64,000 nt of DNA from Octopus sinensis (GCF_006345805.1 NC_043000.1:2170001-2234000); one strand, 5' to 3'. Positions 35,466-48,643 are shown, counted from the stretch's first letter. Translations and numbers: made by a program. The notes: generated by a model from the letters alone, not told the origin.

Positions 35466-38400
35466 GCACGGAAAAAGTAGGTGTTAAAATGATGATGATA
35501 ACAATCAGACATGTTTAGCTTTGGTTTATTCACATCCATCCAGAAATCCATTGATTGCCTGACTCTCAGTGTCAACTTGCCTTTTAGCATTAACATTATT
35601 TAGTTTTGCATTGATTATTGTAGATCCTCAATCCTAGTTTCATTAACGCTCGCTGGATCTTCATTTTTTTTCCGCTCCCCTCAACCTATTTCTGTCGATT
35701 TGCATAATGCCTGAAAGGGGTTCTTTTTTCCATGCTTAATACAACCTTTACCAAATGCACAACAATTATATGGTGTATGTTTATCTTCACAAAAGTGGCA
35801 TTTAGAATCAAATTTATACCTGTTTCTATTAACATATGACACAATGATATCATCAAGATCACTCTCGCTTTCTTCTATTTTTGTTGTTATTTCAGCTATC
35901 TGAAATTTAGAAATCATTTCACGCTGCTGAATGAATTCAATGCATGTATTAAGCTTCAGATCACTTGATTGAAGATATTCTAATGCTTTTACATGATGCT
36001 TAGGTGATGGCATGCCATCAGTGAGTCACATCATCTTTGCACGCCATCCTTCAGCTCCAATTTTTTTTTTTCAGATTCACAAAAACAAGCTAACTTGTGT
36101 AATAACCTTTTAATTGATTTATCAGATTCCGATGTTGCGATAAGAATCTGACCCTTTCAGCAATTATCATTTCTTTGAGGGGGTGAATCGTTGACATCAT
36201 TGCAGATCTTATACCAATAAAATTCATTTCCTCAAGTTCTAATGGTTTCACCATCGTAGAAGTTTTTCATGTGGCCATCATACCTGTTATGATTAAAAAC
36301 AAATCTGTTAATTGCTTGACATCGTGGTGAGCTGGTGGAATCATTACCATGCCAGACAAAATACGTAGCATCATTCCTTCCACCTTTTATGGTGAATTTT
36401 GCCTTTTAACCTTTTGGGCTTTATAAAATAAATACTAGTTAAGCACTGTGGTTGGTATGAATGACTGGCTTCCTCCCCAAAACTTCAGGCCTTGTGCCTG
36501 CTGTAGACTGAAATATTATCTCAAAGCTTTTTGTTCTTGTAACAGTAAAGTGTTACAGTCATGTCTCTGATTTATTTGGGTTCGCAAATGGAACTTCATT
36601 ATTAGCAGCTCATGACACTGTTGTTATGTCAGTGTAATTACTCATTATCTTGTAATCATACAAGATGATGTTTATTTAACAGCAATTATTTTTTTTTATT
36701 GACGATATTAAGGTGCTTCTGTAACGAGCCTAATAAATACTTACCTAATCAAGTCTAATAATGTAGTTCTACTGTAAAAGTGTTTATTCAGTTAGTCGTC
36801 GTCATACAAAGTCATTTATCTCTGGAAACTTCCCACAACATAGTCAAGCTCTCTGACATTGAATTGTTAAACATTTTAATGCAGTCTTGATTACATGACC
36901 ATTAGATGGAGTCACATGCAGTGCTACAACAATATTAGTATAACCAGGATATCACAAAGAAATAATAACAACCAAAAAAAACTGAAAAGGTAATGGATAA
37001 AAATGAAAAGGACATTGTAGCAACTACACACACCTTAAATAGAGAGTGTATAGCTATTGTGTTCTCTATAGTCACAGAAATAATGTTACTCTGAAGCTTT
37101 TCTTAAAGTAATTCAGAGTTATACAAAAACTAGTGTAAACCATATTATAGCATAGCATTTGGTTTAATGGAATTATAAAGGTTATAGAGAGGTCTTTTCT
37201 ATGTAGGATTAAATTCTGACAGAAAGTAATGATTAATTAAAGTAGTAAAACCAGATTGCAAAAATACTTATTGTTTGTAATTTGAATTTCACCAAGAACA
37301 AGTATGTGCATGCATCATTGCATGTGCATAATACATGCATGCACGTGCACACACACACACACACACACATACACACACAATCATCATCATTTAATTCCGT
37401 TTTCCATGCTGGCATGGGTTGGATGGTTTGACTGAAAACTGATAAGCTGGGGAGCTGCCCCAGGTTTGAATCTGATTTGGCATGGTTTTTGCGGCTGGAT
37501 GCCCTTCCTGATGCCAACCACTCCAAGAGTGTAGTTGGTGGTTTTTATGTGCCACCGGCTCAGGTGTCAGTTACACAAAACTGGCATCGGCCACAACTAT
37601 GAACTCACTTGGCTTGACAGGTCTTCTCAAGCATAGTATATTACCAAAAGCCTTGGTCACTTGTCACTGTCTCTGTGCGGCCCAACATTCAAACAGTGCT
37701 TTTTATGTGCCAGTTTCACGACACTAACGTCAGCCCACAACACTAATGGATGTAGAAAATAAATTATAAAGTAAGAATGCAGTTCTGTCAGAATGGACCA
37801 TCATAAAAGTGTTTCAAAGCAGGTTGTAAAACCATTTTACAATTATTACCTTTTTATATTTGTTTCAGTCATTAGCCTGTAGCCCAGGCACATGCCATCA
37901 ATAATTACTCAGAGTAGGCAGTTGGTGACCTTTCTGTAGTAAAACACAAAATAAAAAAAAAAAGCGAAACGCAGGTGTGTGACTGAGTTGAAGGCAGATT
38001 TACTTCTGCTTTTATGGCACGTAAAGTAAATGGTGTTGTAGGAGTGTATGCAGCATGTGTACTACAGCAGTACTACGCAGAGCTTAAATACTAAGATTGA
38101 AAGGCAGGGAAAAATTATGCTGACCTAATCTACAAAAAAATAAAACATTTTGCATTTTATGCATAGCAATCAGAGTAGCCTTCATAATTTTATTGAATTA
38201 GGTACATATTTTGCCATAAAAGCAAAATGTTGTTATTGATCTATTTTATTCAAGGTAGGCACTGCCTATCTTGCCTACCTAGGCGGCACATCCCTGTTGT
38301 AGCCATACTGGGGTACCACTTTGAAGGAGTTTTAGACAAAGGAACCAAGCCAAGTACTTATATTCTTTTCAAATCTTGTACTTAATATATCAGTCTCTTT

Positions 38401-38728
38401 GCTGAACCATTAAGTTATGAGGACATAAACAGACCAACACCAGTTGTCGATCAGTGGGGTGGGGGACAAACAAAGGCACAAAGACACGCATAAAATGGAC
38501 TTCCACACAGTTTCTGCCTACTAAATTCACTCATTAGGCATTGGTCAGTCTGGAGTTATGGCAGAAGACACATAACTAAGGCACCATGCAGTGGTATTGA
38601 ACCCAAGAGCACAGGGTGGCAAAGGAAGCTTCTTAATTACACAATCGTGCTTGTGCCTGAATTGGTCTATGTATAGGCCAATTCAATAATTTGTTTCCAA
38701 GACCTCTTATGATGATGTTGATGATATA

Positions 38729-38781
<53 letters not shown>

Positions 38782-38817
38782 CTTTGTAAAAGAAAAACTG
38801 TCCACTCACACCATATA

Positions 38818-39190
38818 ATCATCATCAATTAACGTCCGTTTTCCATGCTGGCATGGGTTAGACAATTTGACTGGAACTGGTAAGTCAGAGGGCTGCACCA
38901 GGTTTCAGTCGGATCTTGTATGGTTTCTCTGGCTGGATGCCCTTCCTAACATCAACCACTCTGAGCAGTCTGATTTGGCATGGTTTCTACAGCTGGATGC
39001 CTTTCCTAATGTCAACCACTCCGAGAGTGTACCTATTTCACTCTCGGAGTGGTTGGTACCAGGAAGAGCATCCAGCCATAGAAACCATGCCAAATCAGAT
39101 TGGAACCTGGTGCAGTCCTCTGGTTCTCCGTCTAACCCATGCCAGCATGCAAAGCGGATATTAAATGATGATGATGATGATGATGACATG
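38818..39190. mobile_element. Back-to-back inverted pair of SINE family A tails with an internal duplication
   Basis: 38818-39030 minus (CTGATTTGGCATGGTTTCTACAGCTGGATG segment duplicated), 39035-39190 plus. Confidence 0.8.
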
Positions 39191-39656
39191 GTGAGGGTAG
39201 ACAGTTTTTCTTGTACACAGTAATTAAAATCTTGACTGTTTCTAGTTTTATCTCTTTTCATGTTAATGATTTACTTGTTTTTATTGGAGTTTCTTGCAAG
39301 TTGTTGTGTCTTGCAAGTCTTTAGTGTGCATTTCTGGAACCGGGAATGGCTTCAAAAAGCTGCAGAATCAGCAGCTGACAGATGTGTATGAACCACTTGG
39401 GTCTGTGATATGGTGAACTTAATAGGAGCCGGTATAGCCCCTTTTGGGTAAATGCTTTCACAAGAGACAAGACAAGTTGTTGGGAATAGTAAAATCCATT
39501 ATCAACATTTCTTGGCTGTCAATATGTGATATTCTGGGCAAAAAGAGTTTTCATATGAAATTCTAGCTCTTTGAGTTACTCTTGTGTTTTTTCCCATGGC
39601 CAGACATATTTTTCACAATAGATTGAAAATGAGTAACATATGATGACAAGACAAGG

Positions 39657-39697
<41 letters not shown>

Positions 39698-39775
39698 TGA
39701 TAGCCTTGTGTGTGTGTAATTGACACACACACACACACACATACACACACACACACACACAATCATACATTCTTA

Positions 39776-40161
39776 TCTCTCTCTATATATAAACGGCAGT
39801 TTGTCTGTCTGCGTATCTGTGTGTCTGTTAGGTTGTACCCTCACCCTGACCACGGCTTTCAACCGATTCTGATGAAACTTGACACACACGTAGCCCAATG
39901 TCATAATTCAAAACTAACGTAGCGAAAATTTTGAAAAGTTCCCCCAGTTCTGAAAAAAAATCGATAAATTCGACATGGGGTCGAGAATCAGAAACACAAA
40001 CCGCAAACTGTCTAGGGGACGCAACTCCACCTTTTTTAACTCTCAAAAAAAATTTACCATCATTTTTTCCATTTTTTTGCTATTTTTTTGCTATAACTCT
40101 CTAAAAATGCTTTATAGTTATTTCCCTTACAAACCTGAGCAACGCCGGGCGATACTGCTAG
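39776..40161 (+). mobile_element. Non-autonomous Helitron, type II
   Basis: A|TCTCTCTCTATATATAAACGGCAG ... CCTGAGCAACGCCGGGCGATACTGCTAG|T; the interior differs from type I and matches 49171-49532. Confidence 0.9.
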
Positions 40162-41287
40162 TATAATATAAGTGTTTGTGAATCGTATGACAAAACTAGG
40201 AAGTGTCATGAGTTTGACAAACACTACATGTTGATGACATCACTCCAATAAAGTCACAAACACACAGAGGATAACAACCTCAATAAACGAATTAGGCTCT
40301 GACCTCAAATCTGTTAAGAGAGCAGAGTACCTGGTGAGTTGTAAACTATACATAACATTAAAAGTTCTCAAAGATAAATTTCAACTCAAATGCTGTCTTA
40401 TAACTCCTATTAAAAGGGATTTGAGTAAAATCAATAATATCATATAAGATTTGATTACCTCTAGAATGACACAAGCCACAAATTTACCCCTTTGAAATAA
40501 TAGTAGCACCTGAGTCAGAAAGTGCTTTAATGACATCAAATGTAACTTTAAATTTATTCAATTTGATATCACAGAACTTTACTCTTCCATTACTTAATCA
40601 CTTTTGCAAAAAGCCTTACATTTCAGTTGTAGATTGATCAGAGCTTGCATCGTAGGCATAACATAATTATCCATGTTGGATACTCCTCTTTTTATGACTC
40701 ATTTGGCATCAAATGTAGTTGTAAAGACTATTCAAAATCTTTTGTTGGTTTCTTTGATGAAATATGTTAACAGATTTATTCATCCTGAACTCCAGACAAA
40801 ATTTCACCCTCTAAAGATTAACCAAGATGATCAACTAATACATAATATCTCAAAACAAGAATGCGCTTCACTAAAATAAGATTGCATCTTTTAACAAATC
40901 AATTAAGCTCAGGAAATTAATTGATATGTTGAAAGACATTAACCCCAGAACCACTGTTAACACCAACACCAGTGTTGTTAATTTCTTACATATAATCTTG
41001 ATTTCAAATTTTGGCTCAAGGCCAGCAATTTTGGAGAAGGGGCTAAGTTGATGACATCAACCCCATTATGCAACTGGTACTTATTTTATCAGCCATGAAT
41101 GGGTGAAAGGCAAAGTCAATCTTGGCAGCATTTGAACTCAGAATGTAAAAATGGGAGAAATACTGCTATGCATTTTGCCCAGCATGCTAACGATTCTGCC
41201 AGCTCACTGCTTTACGTATAATCTTACGCATGATCTCAGACTTAAATTCTAGAAAATGTGACCCATACAAAAATCTCACTGATGCTT

Positions 41288-41530
41288 AAAATATATTTAT
41301 TTCTTTACTACCCACAAGGGGCTAAACACAGAGGGGACAAACAAGGACAGACAAAGGGATTAAGTCAATTATATCGATCCCAGTGCGTAACTGGTACTTA
41401 ATTTATCGACCCAGAAAGGATGAAAGGCAAAGTCGACCTCGGCGGAATTTGAACTCGGAACGCAACGACAGACGAAATACGGCTACGCATTTCGCCCAGC
41501 GTGCTAACGTTTCTGCCAGCTCGCCGCCTT
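41288..41530 (-). mobile_element. SINE family D inserted in the Penelope remnant
   Basis: Consensus-like; AAAATATATT direct repeat on both flanks. Confidence 0.9.
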
Positions 41531-41760
41531 CAAAATATATTAACATATGCCTCCTCTACCTTCCCACTATTAAAAAGCATGATTAAGGAATCCCTGCTAT
41601 ATTGTCATTTTATTGGTCTGCCAATTATTTTAATGAAACGTTACGAAGAAGTGAGTCTAAAGGTAAAGTACATTACATATAAAAAGGGACCACTGTAAAC
41701 ACATGCAAAAATAGTAAACAAAAAAAACAAACAAAGATCATATCAAAAACAAGATCATAT

Positions 41761-42355
41761 AGGTGTAGGAGTGGCTGTGTGGTAAGTAGCTTACTTACCA
41801 ACCACATGGTGCCGAGTTCAGTCCCACTGCATGGTACCTTGGGCAAGTGTCTCCTACTTATAGCCTTGGGCCAACCAAAGCCTTGTGAGTGGATTTGGTA
41901 GACGGAACCTGAAAGAAGCCCGTTGTGTGTATATATATATATGTATGTATGTGTGTGTGTGTTTGTCCCCCCAACATCACTTGACACCCGAAGCTGGTGT
42001 GTTTATGTCCCTGTAACTTAGTGGTTCGGCAAAAGAGACCAATAGAATAAGTACTAAACTTACAAAGAGTAATCCTGGGGTCGATTTGCTCGACTAAGGG
42101 CGGTGCTCCAGCATGGCCACAGTCAAATGACTGAAGCAAGTAAAAGAGAATATTTGTGTTTGTGTGTATGTTTGTCCCCCCCCAACATCGCTTGACAACC
42201 GATGGTGGCGTGTTTATGTCATTGTAACCTAGCAGTTCAGCAAAAGAGACCGATAGAATAAGTACTAGCCTTACAAAGAATAAATCCTGGGGTCGATTTG
42301 CTTGACTGAAGGTGGTTCTCCAGCCTGGCCACAGTCAAATGACTGAAATGAGTAA
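41761..42355 (+). mobile_element. SINE family B plus tandem duplicate of its 3' half
   Basis: 41761-42150 is full length; 42150-42355 repeats TTTGTCCCC...AAATGACTGAA. Confidence 0.85.
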
Positions 42356-42889
42356 AGATCATATAGTTTAACCCACCATTGAGCTATATGATCTTCACAT
42401 GGTTCAATCCACCTTTCACCTTAAATGCTAGTTCTAATATCACCTGATCTCTTCTACACCTACAAAAGAAATATTTCCCCCATGGATTGTAAATTCAAAA
42501 AGATCTTTAAGAAAACCACTGTCAGTAGTAGCTACAGATGCTCTGACAATTTTGCTGCTTCTAAATACAGAAAAATCTAACACACCCAAATACACAAAAT
42601 TTAACCTCTTGAATAACTGCCATAACAACAATACATGCCTACTTAACAGTAAAAGCTTAAAATATTGTATATTGTATAAAGATCTCTGATGAAAACAATA
42701 GGGATGCAAAACATTAGATCAGTTTGCAGGAAATATCTTTAAAACAGCATATAAGTGGCATAGTTTTTCACTCATACACAAAGAAAGGATCCTCTCTGAA
42801 TATATATATATATATGTATTTATATGTATGTACATACGTGTATTTATATGTATGTACATACGTGTATATATGTGTATACATATATATGC

Positions 42890-42923
<34 letters not shown>

Positions 42924-43186
42924 GTGTGTGTGTACGTATGTATGTTGTATATTTTTGTGTATGTATGGATGTGTGTATATATATATATGTGTGTGTGTGA
43001 TTGTATGTATACTTATATGTCTGTATGTATGCATATATATGTGGATGTATGCATATACATGTGTACATGTTTGTGTATGTATGTATATATATATATGTGT
43101 GTGTGTGTGTGTATATGTGTGCATGTATATGTGTGTATATGCATAATATATACTTACACACATGCACATTTGTGTATGTGCGTGCG

Positions 43187-43231
<45 letters not shown>

Positions 43232-43809
43232 CTGCATGCCTATGTAAGGGCTTGGATGTGTGTGTATACATGCACACACCCTTGCATACGCATAGACATA
43301 AAAGCATATATTCCATATATATTTGCATATATTTTCTGTCATACATTTTACAGTACTTCAAACACATTTTGGAATTGCTTTCACTTTCTCCCATACACAC
43401 AGATGTATGTACATATTTGTGCCTGTGTATATATGTGTATATATGTTTATTCACTCAAATCTGGGTGTTTTGTGCTTCTGTGCAATCCCTTTCACACATG
43501 CATATATGAGGCTTTGACAATAAATCACCTTTATGGGATTTCAAATCTGAGAATTGTTATCATGTGACTATAACTGTATTTTAAAAATTGATCCACAAGA
43601 ATCCATTTCACATCATCATTTAACGTCTGTTTGCCATGCTGGTATGGGTTGGATGGTTTGACTGTAGCTGGGTAGCCAGAGAGTTGCATTTGGCTCTGAT
43701 TGTTTTGGCATGGTTTCTATGGCTGGATGCCTTTCATAATGTCAACCACTTTATAGAGTTAGCCAGCCCACTTATGCATACCTTTCCTTCTTGTGACACA
43801 AACCCTACT

Positions 43810-44186
43810 TGTGTAGACCTGTTGAGGCAAGTGAAAATGAAAATCAAAATCGATCAACATCAATGGAAATTGTAGCTGTGATACCAGTGCCGATGGCACG
43901 TAAGAGAACCATCCGAACGTGGCTGTTGCCAGTGCCGCGCTGACTGGCCTCTGTGCCAGTGGCACGTAAAATGCACCATCCGATTGTGGATGTTGCCAGC
44001 CTCGTCTGGCTCCGTGCTGGTGGCACGTAAAAAGCACCCACTACACTCACGGAGTGGTTGGCATTAGGAAGGGCATCCAGCTGTAGAAATACTGCCAGAT
44101 CAGACTGGACCTGGCACAGCCTTCTGGCTTCCCAGACCCCAGTTGAACCGTCCAGCCCATGCTAGCATGGAAAACGGATGTTAAAC

Positions 44187-44230
<44 letters not shown>
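43810..44230 (+). mobile_element. SINE family A with three modules and a long (GAT)n tail
   Basis: Modules at ~43880-44040; CGTGCTGGTGGCACGTAAAAAGCACC at 44013-44038. Confidence 0.85.
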
Positions 44231-44232
<2 letters not shown>

Positions 44233-44413
44233 GAGTGTTCTTTACATGACACTGGCGTGCTGCAGTCCACTCAGCTGGCAAAAATGAGTAACTCAGCGAT
44301 GGACTGGCGTCCCGTCCAGCCGGGGAACACATATGCCATAGAAACTGGGCCCATGAGCCTGGCTAGGCTTTAAAAGGGTGCATTTTTTATTTTTATACTG
44401 TTTATATTATTTG

Positions 44414-44555
44414 GACTGGTGTCCTCATCTCGATTGTTGATTTTACTATGTTTTGCCTGTTGTATGCTCCAGCTTTCTTCAGATGTCTTGTGTTGAACTT
44501 GATTGTTGTATCAGAATTTCTAATCTAACCATTTATTTGATCCACAGAGGTGTGT

Positions 44556-44606
<51 letters not shown>

Positions 44607-45030
44607 ACTGTTCTCATTCCTGCTCTCTGCATTTCATGACAGCTTTTGCTTCAGTTAATTATTTTTGTGAATTATCTTTGTACCTTGCCTGGGAATGAAC
44701 TCATTAACGAATGTCTTTAACTACTATGCTATGAGCATATGCAGTAGATAAAGATGTTGGTTAACGCAGTGCGGTCACCTAGCAGTTCTGAGTTCAATCC
44801 CAGGCAAGGTACTAAGGTAATTTACAAAAAAAAAAAAATATGACTGAAACAAAAATTGTCATGAGATGCAGAGAGTGCAATGAGAACACTGTACTCCCAT
44901 GGCTCAAATAAAGGGTTAGGTTCAAAATTCCGATACAACAACTGAGTTCAACACAAGACACCTGAAGAAGGCTGGAGCATACAACAGCTGAAAGGTAGTG
45001 AAATCAATAATCAAGATGAGGACACCAGTC
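44414..45030. repeat. Inverted repeat pair (~117-bp arms) with Penelope pseudo-LTR-like hammerhead remnant
   Basis: 44414-44530 is the reverse complement of 44914-45030; the right arm carries GACAC-CTGAAGA-A-GGCTG...CAGCT-GAAAGGTA-GTG. Confidence 0.7.
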
Positions 45031-45055
45031 TAACTGTTTATATTATAAACAGTAT

Positions 45056-45437
45056 GGAGGCGCAATGGCCCAGTGGTTAGGGCAGCGGACTCGCGGTCGT
45101 AGGATCGCGGTTTCGATTCCCAGACCGGGCGTTGTGAGTGTTTATTGAGCGAAAACACCTAAATCTCCACGAGGCTCCGGCAAGGGATGGTGGTGATCCC
45201 TGCTGTACTTTTTCACCACAACTTTCTCTCACTCTTTCTTCCTGTTTCTGTTGTACCTGTATTCAAAGGGCTGGCCTTGTCACTCTCTGTGTCACGCTGA
45301 ATATCCCCGAGAACTACGTTAAGGGTGCACTTGTCTGTGGAGTGCTCAACCACTTACACGTTAATTTCACGAGCAGGCTGTTCCGTTGATTCGGATCAAC
45401 CGGAACCCTCGTCGTCGTAACCAACGGAGTGCTTCCA
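45056..45437 (+). mobile_element. tRNA-derived SINE family C, tail type 1, with perfect TSD
   Basis: 14-bp TSD ATTATAAACAGTAT at 45042-45055 and 45437-45450. Confidence 0.95.
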
Positions 45438-46787
45438 TTATAAACAGTATACATAATCCCAAGCTGCAGAAAGGAGTTGCAATATTGCTGGTACCAAGCC
45501 ATATTGGCTTTTACCTTTCCCTTGGAGAACATCAGTGGTATATAGAGGGGAAGTTGGTACGTATAAGCGACTGCTGGTTTTCCATAAACAACCTTGCCCA
45601 GGCTTGTGCCTCAGAGGGTAATTTTCTAGGTGCAATCCCATGGTCACTCATGTCCGAAGGGGGTCTTTACACTTTGCCCTCTTAATTCCAGCTGTTGGTG
45701 GAACTCATTTACAGCCAAGTGGACTGGAGCAAAATGAAATGATTTGGTCAAAAATACAATGCCTCTCCTAGTTCAAGGAAAATACAAGTGAGATTAGAAA
45801 TCTACCACTGAAACAATAACCCCCAAATTCCTTCAACAACGGAGCAAAGAAAAAGTAAGAAAAGGATTAAGCAATGAAAGAAAAAGGGACGAGGAAGGAG
45901 TAATAGGCTGTATCCCCCTAGTCTTAATGGTATGTTTCGCTGTGTCCAACGAACATACGAGGAAAGGCATTGATTGCTGTGAACAGTGCCCAGTGATACT
46001 TGCTGCAACAGCCACTCGGCCTTGCAGAGTTCATTTCTCAGATGAGCTGCTGTTGTCCTGATTTTACAGAATAAACCAGCAATGCAGAATCTGAGAACAC
46101 CCGAGGTCCATACAGCTACCAGACTGAACAGATAGCAGCTGATCAAACTCTGATGTTTAGTTATCTTCCTCTCTTCAACATTATGGGCAGCGATACCTGG
46201 GTTTGTGACTAATTGGCTAGGTTGGGGGTGAAGAATGTGTCACATTGCATCACCAGTTAAGGATTTACCGACTTAATCTGGAACACATTCAAGAATCAAA
46301 AACATGATGTTAAAATTATGAGTGCACCCATCTAACCACAAGGCCACATATTTATTCAAAAGGAAGAATTAAATCATTGAAAAGGCTACAGATTTATAAC
46401 AAAGAGTTGTTAACAAATTAAACAAACTAATCAATAATTGATTAATACATTAGTTAATGCTATCAATAAAGAGATGAACCACAAGCATATTTTTGTAAAA
46501 ATCCATTAACATTTGTTTGGAAAAATAAAGTTATTAAATCTATCATAATCATTGTTTCTAGACTTGCACAATCTCATCTTCAGGATGTAAATTTATCACA
46601 GGTGTGTGTATGTGTCTGTCTTGTTGTGAAGATAGGTAAATTTTTTTGACATTTAGTTGTTTTGACCACTTTTGGAATTTGATCATTGTGTTTATATCAT
46701 TAGTCACATCCCTTTTGTTTGTGATGTTTGCATGTATTGACTGTGTTCTCTGTGTTTGTATTTTGGCATTGTGTTCTGTTATAAGCC

Positions 46788-46844
<57 letters not shown>

Positions 46845-46871
46845 ATCTATATCGATATATATATATCTATA

Positions 46872-46917
<46 letters not shown>

Positions 46918-46930
46918 TATATCTATATCA

Positions 46931-46963
<33 letters not shown>

Positions 46964-47346
46964 ATCTATATCTATATATATATATATATATATACATACA
47001 CAACATGTATATGTAATGTATAGATGTATGTAATGTATATATGTGTGTAATGTATGTATGTATGAATACATGATATATGTTCATACGTGTATATATGCAT
47101 GTATAAAAGCAATCAGTTAACAGATGACACTAGATGTCACTGAGGATAACTATCACCTATCACATGACGTGAAAGACAAAGATGGGTGCCAGATCAATGT
47201 CATGCACATCCAAATAAACTCAACCTCATGATGACAATCTCTCTCTCTCACACACATATTCATACATACATACATACACATATAAATACATACACACACA
47301 CACATACACACACACACAACTATATATACACACACATACATATATA

Positions 47347-47427
47347 CAGTAATCCCTTGACTATTGCGGGTGTTATGTTCCCAAAACCCTCACAATAGGC
47401 GAGCAGTGATATAGTGAGGGATTACAG
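47347..47427. mobile_element. pogo/Tigger-like miniature element
   Basis: TA|CAGTAATCCCT ... GAGGGATTACAG|TA; a matching single end at ~50567-50609. Confidence 0.65.
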
Positions 47428-47517
47428 TATATATACATATATATTAATAGTTATATATATATATATCTTTGATATCATCTGAGTAAGCCTGTTCATTCTA
47501 TCTTCTTGTATCATTAT

Positions 47518-47561
<44 letters not shown>

Positions 47562-48360
47562 TATAGATGTGTATGAATGTTTGTGTGTATGAATGTATAT
47601 ATATTTATCTGTGTGTGTATTTTAGGCTGACTCTTGAATATACAAATAACATATGATTACATTGGTAACGATTCTGACTGGGGTAGTATCAATCTTAGTA
47701 GGATGAAGAATATTGCACATATAAACAAAATTCTAAGGTAGTTACTATTTTTCTGCATACATAATTAATTTTATATTTGTGTATATGTATGTTAGTATGT
47801 ATATTAATAATGCACAGTCACACACACTAAGGCACACACATGCATGCACACACACACACACATCTTAATCTGATTGTGAAATATTTAAGTGTCTATACAT
47901 GAATATATCTATGTGCATCATTTTTAATGTATATTTGTGTATATATATATATATATATATATATTTATACTGTGTGTATATGTCTTAATTTAAATTTTAA
48001 TATATATATATATATATATAGACACATACATATGCAAAGAATTATATGTGCAGTGATGTACAGCTGCTATTGGCTGATGCATAACTACTTTTATATCAGT
48101 GGTACACATGAATGCACCATTTGTGTGCACCATCTGTTAAAGTTTTGGGTCCATTTCTTTACTGATATTAATGTGTGTGTGTGTTATTTCCCAAGTATAT
48201 ATATATATATATATATATATAATATGTGTTGTATGTGTGTATGCGCTCACTGCTAGAAAGGGAGGGTGGGGTGGTGGTGATGCGCAGCAAAAGAAAGACA
48301 AGCGAACACGATGAAATAGAAATTTATGAAGAATGCAACACTTCATAACAATGGTAATAG

Positions 48361-48420
<60 letters not shown>

Positions 48421-48601
48421 ACACACACACACAAGTTAAAAATATGATCAAATGATCAATATATGAATAAAAAAACCGTGTGTGTGTATTTATATATATA
48501 TATATATATATAAAATCATCGAAAACATACACATTCTCATGTACATATATTTATGCACACAGTGTGTGTGTACGCATAGACACATATAGTTACATATACA
48601 C

Positions 48602-48643
<42 letters not shown>

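Larger units (their letters stand above)
30390..36250 (-). mobile_element. Fragmented Ty3/Gypsy LTR-retrotransposon gag-pol remnant interrupted by many SINEs
   Basis: Collinear minus-strand pieces: gag with Zn-knuckle-like KCHFCEDKH...CCAFGKGCIKHGKKNPFQALCK (35681-36013); protease-region LKQFDRSHTEIL (~34560-34630); RT N-term LPINIKPLV...ILEKVRPGG...VVV.K.NGDL...CLDSCPIPN...LAKID (33845-34200); RT core VVNDIDNVV...LELSDLMIN...ELPFF and KPPKDKKQIQFFIGFVHF (31650-32010); RNase H LLSKPALRIYDVKKVTLTTDASEK (31430-31560) and GKIPHVDTLL*LKF (~30660); NNNWCNCSVIERSFK...FVPPAL (30390-30560). Confidence 0.8.
40200..42790 (+). mobile_element. Fragmented Penelope-like element (RT + GIY-YIG endonuclease remnant)
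   Basis: YITLKVLKDKFQLKCCLITPIKRDLSKI (cf. FITLKDHK..F...P.CRLINPAK), FIQFDITELYSSI...LLQKAL (cf. FDI..FYPSI), WFNPPF (42360-42430), MDCKFKKIFKKTTVSSSYRC (cf. KIFN.NTVK.SYSC), and CHNNNTCLLNSK followed by a degenerate YIG...FK.RY..H motif; interrupted by SINEs. Confidence 0.8.

Noticed and set aside
36720-37000. 5' LTR of the Gypsy element, or a microexon ending at a GTAAGT donor (~36745, minus)
   Set aside because: AATAAAC and a TTACA end are suggestive, but no second LTR or primer-binding site was found; the 27-nt exon reading is unsupported.
42440-42709. Protein-like minus ORF (...SVATTDSGFLKDLFEFTIHGGNISF...)
   Set aside because: The opposite strand encodes Penelope motifs (WFNPPF, KIFKKTTVSSSYRC); this ORF is its antisense shadow.
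44013-44038. Pistol ribozyme
   Set aside because: It shares a CGUG..CACG hairpin plus A-rich linker, but the pseudoknot partner follows directly and pistol P2/P3 and the G-U cleavage context are missing.
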